Shown here piece after piece: positions 62,056 through 64,000 of a stretch of 64,000 nt of DNA; position 1 is the stretch's first letter; the number at the start of each line of letters is the position of its first letter. The stretch lies in the NCBI RefSeq assembly GCF_004010195.1, contig NC_057718.1, positions 105,265,683 through 105,329,682 of the forward strand, in the 5' to 3' direction. The DNA is from Chiloscyllium plagiosum. Taxonomy: Eukaryota. A program made the translations under genes and the position numbers. The notes under the pieces were generated by a model that was given only the letters and a program-made list of their open reading frames with translations, was not told where the DNA came from and ran no database searches.

Positions 62056-64000
62056 ATATGAAACAATGTTTTTCACTATATCTCGATACATGTGATAATA
62101 ATAAATCAAATCACAGTTTCCTCAAGAGAAAAGTCATTGCTGTGGAAATCATGATCAACACAGCCTTCCAACTTAATGCTGGGATTCTATGGGCTGGTAA
62201 ACTCATTAGAAATCTGGCCACTTAATTCCCTAATGCACAAATTGATGTTTTAAAAGAATAAATTGAAGTCTTTAATTAGAAGTAGCTAAATTTTTTTGAA
62301 AGTCTTTGCTTCCTGTATTAAGCATTGAGAACTGGAACAATATTTGAAACTAGTGATAATTCAAACAGTAGCACTGATGTTGAAATACAATTATTCAGGG
62401 CTTTATTAGAATTGATGCACAGAACACACAGCCTGTAGTTTATTACAAATTTGAGTTTATATTCCAGCAGTTAATGAACAAAGCCTTGCCCTAACTCCTT
62501 AAATCATTCCCATAAATCACAGGGAAGAGTTTTGCAATTTTGTATATTTTGTAGTCATATTCTATTCAGTTATATTTTATTGTTTTTTTTTGAGGAGTGA
62601 TATATAACAGTGAATGTTAAGTGATCCCACTTATTTGATATCTGATTGCCATGTCAGTTGAACAGGAGGAAGGGATGTTTTGTGAAGTAAAAAAAACAGA
62701 GATAACTGGAGAAATTCTAGAGGTCCAAACTTGGTCTAAAGAAGAGTTACTGGACCAAAAATATTGACCTTGCTTTCTGTCCACAGATGCTGCCAGACCT
62801 GCTGAATTTCTTCACCTATTTCTGTTTTTGTTTCAGATTTCAAGTATCCACAGTTCTTTGTTTAATATTCTATGTATTGTGGGATAGTTGGTAGCATCCT
62901 TACCTCGAGGCCAGAAGCTCCAAGTTCAAGTTCCCATCAGCACTTGCTAATTGTCTTTTGATAATGTCTGTTGAATATTTATTTTTAAATTACTGCTTTA
63001 GGTTTAAAAAGAAGTAAATTGAATCTGAAAGTAGACTGGAAGGATACTAAGCTATAATGTCCATGCACTATAATGATTCTGTTTAATCAAAGATATTGTG
63101 AAATTTTAAATGTTTAGATTTGATTGAACTTGTTTTCTTGTTTTGAAATTGGATCTGAAAATATGGATTTTACATACTTCTTTATACATAATAAGGCATC
63201 CTTTTTTAGAATGAAGTCTGGAGATTTTGTGTTCTGTTTAAAAGTTTAAAATAAAATGCATAGCATTTCTGATCTATTGTTTAGAAGAAATATTTTAATA
63301 CATGCTAAAGATAGTTTGATTGGGTAATAAAGGATAGTGATATGGTTTTTACTATGCAAATAAAATCCAAATATAATTCTGTTCCATCTGACTTTATCCA
63401 TGTTTTTATTTGTGTAAAAACTATTAATGGCAATACAAAATCTGTAATAAAATCAATAAGTTACAGATATTTATTGTACATTTTACTCTATTTTCTTAGT
63501 TTTCATAACAGGTGCTTTCAAAAGTTACAAAGGTTAACATATAGAGGGGGTTAAGAATATTTAATCATTCACAGTTATAGAGCATAGCCAATGAGCCTTT
63601 GTTAATTTTGTACTGTACATGTCACTGCAGGACTAAACAAAGTGATTATTTTTCTGGTGCTTGCAGGGTGAGCAAAATACAGGATTTAAAGATTTTCTTT
63701 CTTAAAAGATCAAACTGGTATATTTATAAAACAGAAATGCTACAAATACACATCAGCTCCATAATTTCAAAAGAGAAAAGATTAGTTAACGTAGAAATCC
63801 TTTGTTAGAACTGTATCAACATGTTTGGTACATTTAGTGTTGAATAGATATATATAGAAATATTGCAAGAACATTAAAATAACTTGACAACAATGTAGGA
63901 CAGGAAGCCAATCGTTAAATTCCATCTTGACAATTAACAATGGAGCAGTATGTTGGTAGATTGAGTTGTGTATCTAGTTATGTTGTGCAAAGGCAAGGGA

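Overview
Repeat-rich vertebrate genomic DNA, very likely from a shark (cartilaginous fish), judged from HE1/V-SINE-type SINEs, CR1/HER1-type LINEs and Rex1-like LINEs. The minus strand carries a complete 9-exon cytosolic malate dehydrogenase gene (MDH1, 334 aa, 60635->41273) and the 5' end of UGP2 (CpG-island promoter, exon 1 at ~18.8 kb, exon 2 at 7.4-7.5 kb). A probable bidirectional promoter at ~60.6-61.4 kb would fit a divergent WDPCP by synteny, but no WDPCP coding exon was recognised. Most other ORFs in the track are decayed retroelement fragments. The most notable observations are: (1) a dense population of Penelope-like elements (PLEs) and ~100-300 bp derivatives carrying minimal hammerhead-ribozyme motifs, often as inverted or palindromic insertions with target-site duplications; (2) four spaced ATG|GTYAGT start-plus-splice-donor units at the MDH1 exon 1 boundary; (3) absence of the UGA-CUAG readthrough/PTS1 extension known for MDH1 in other vertebrates; (4) a candidate long/short UGP2 isoform architecture; (5) an 81-bp near-perfect palindrome; (6) a hairpin-forming modular minisatellite in UGP2 intron 1. 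Two assembly gaps fall inside retroelements. Repeat boundaries are read by eye and are approximate.
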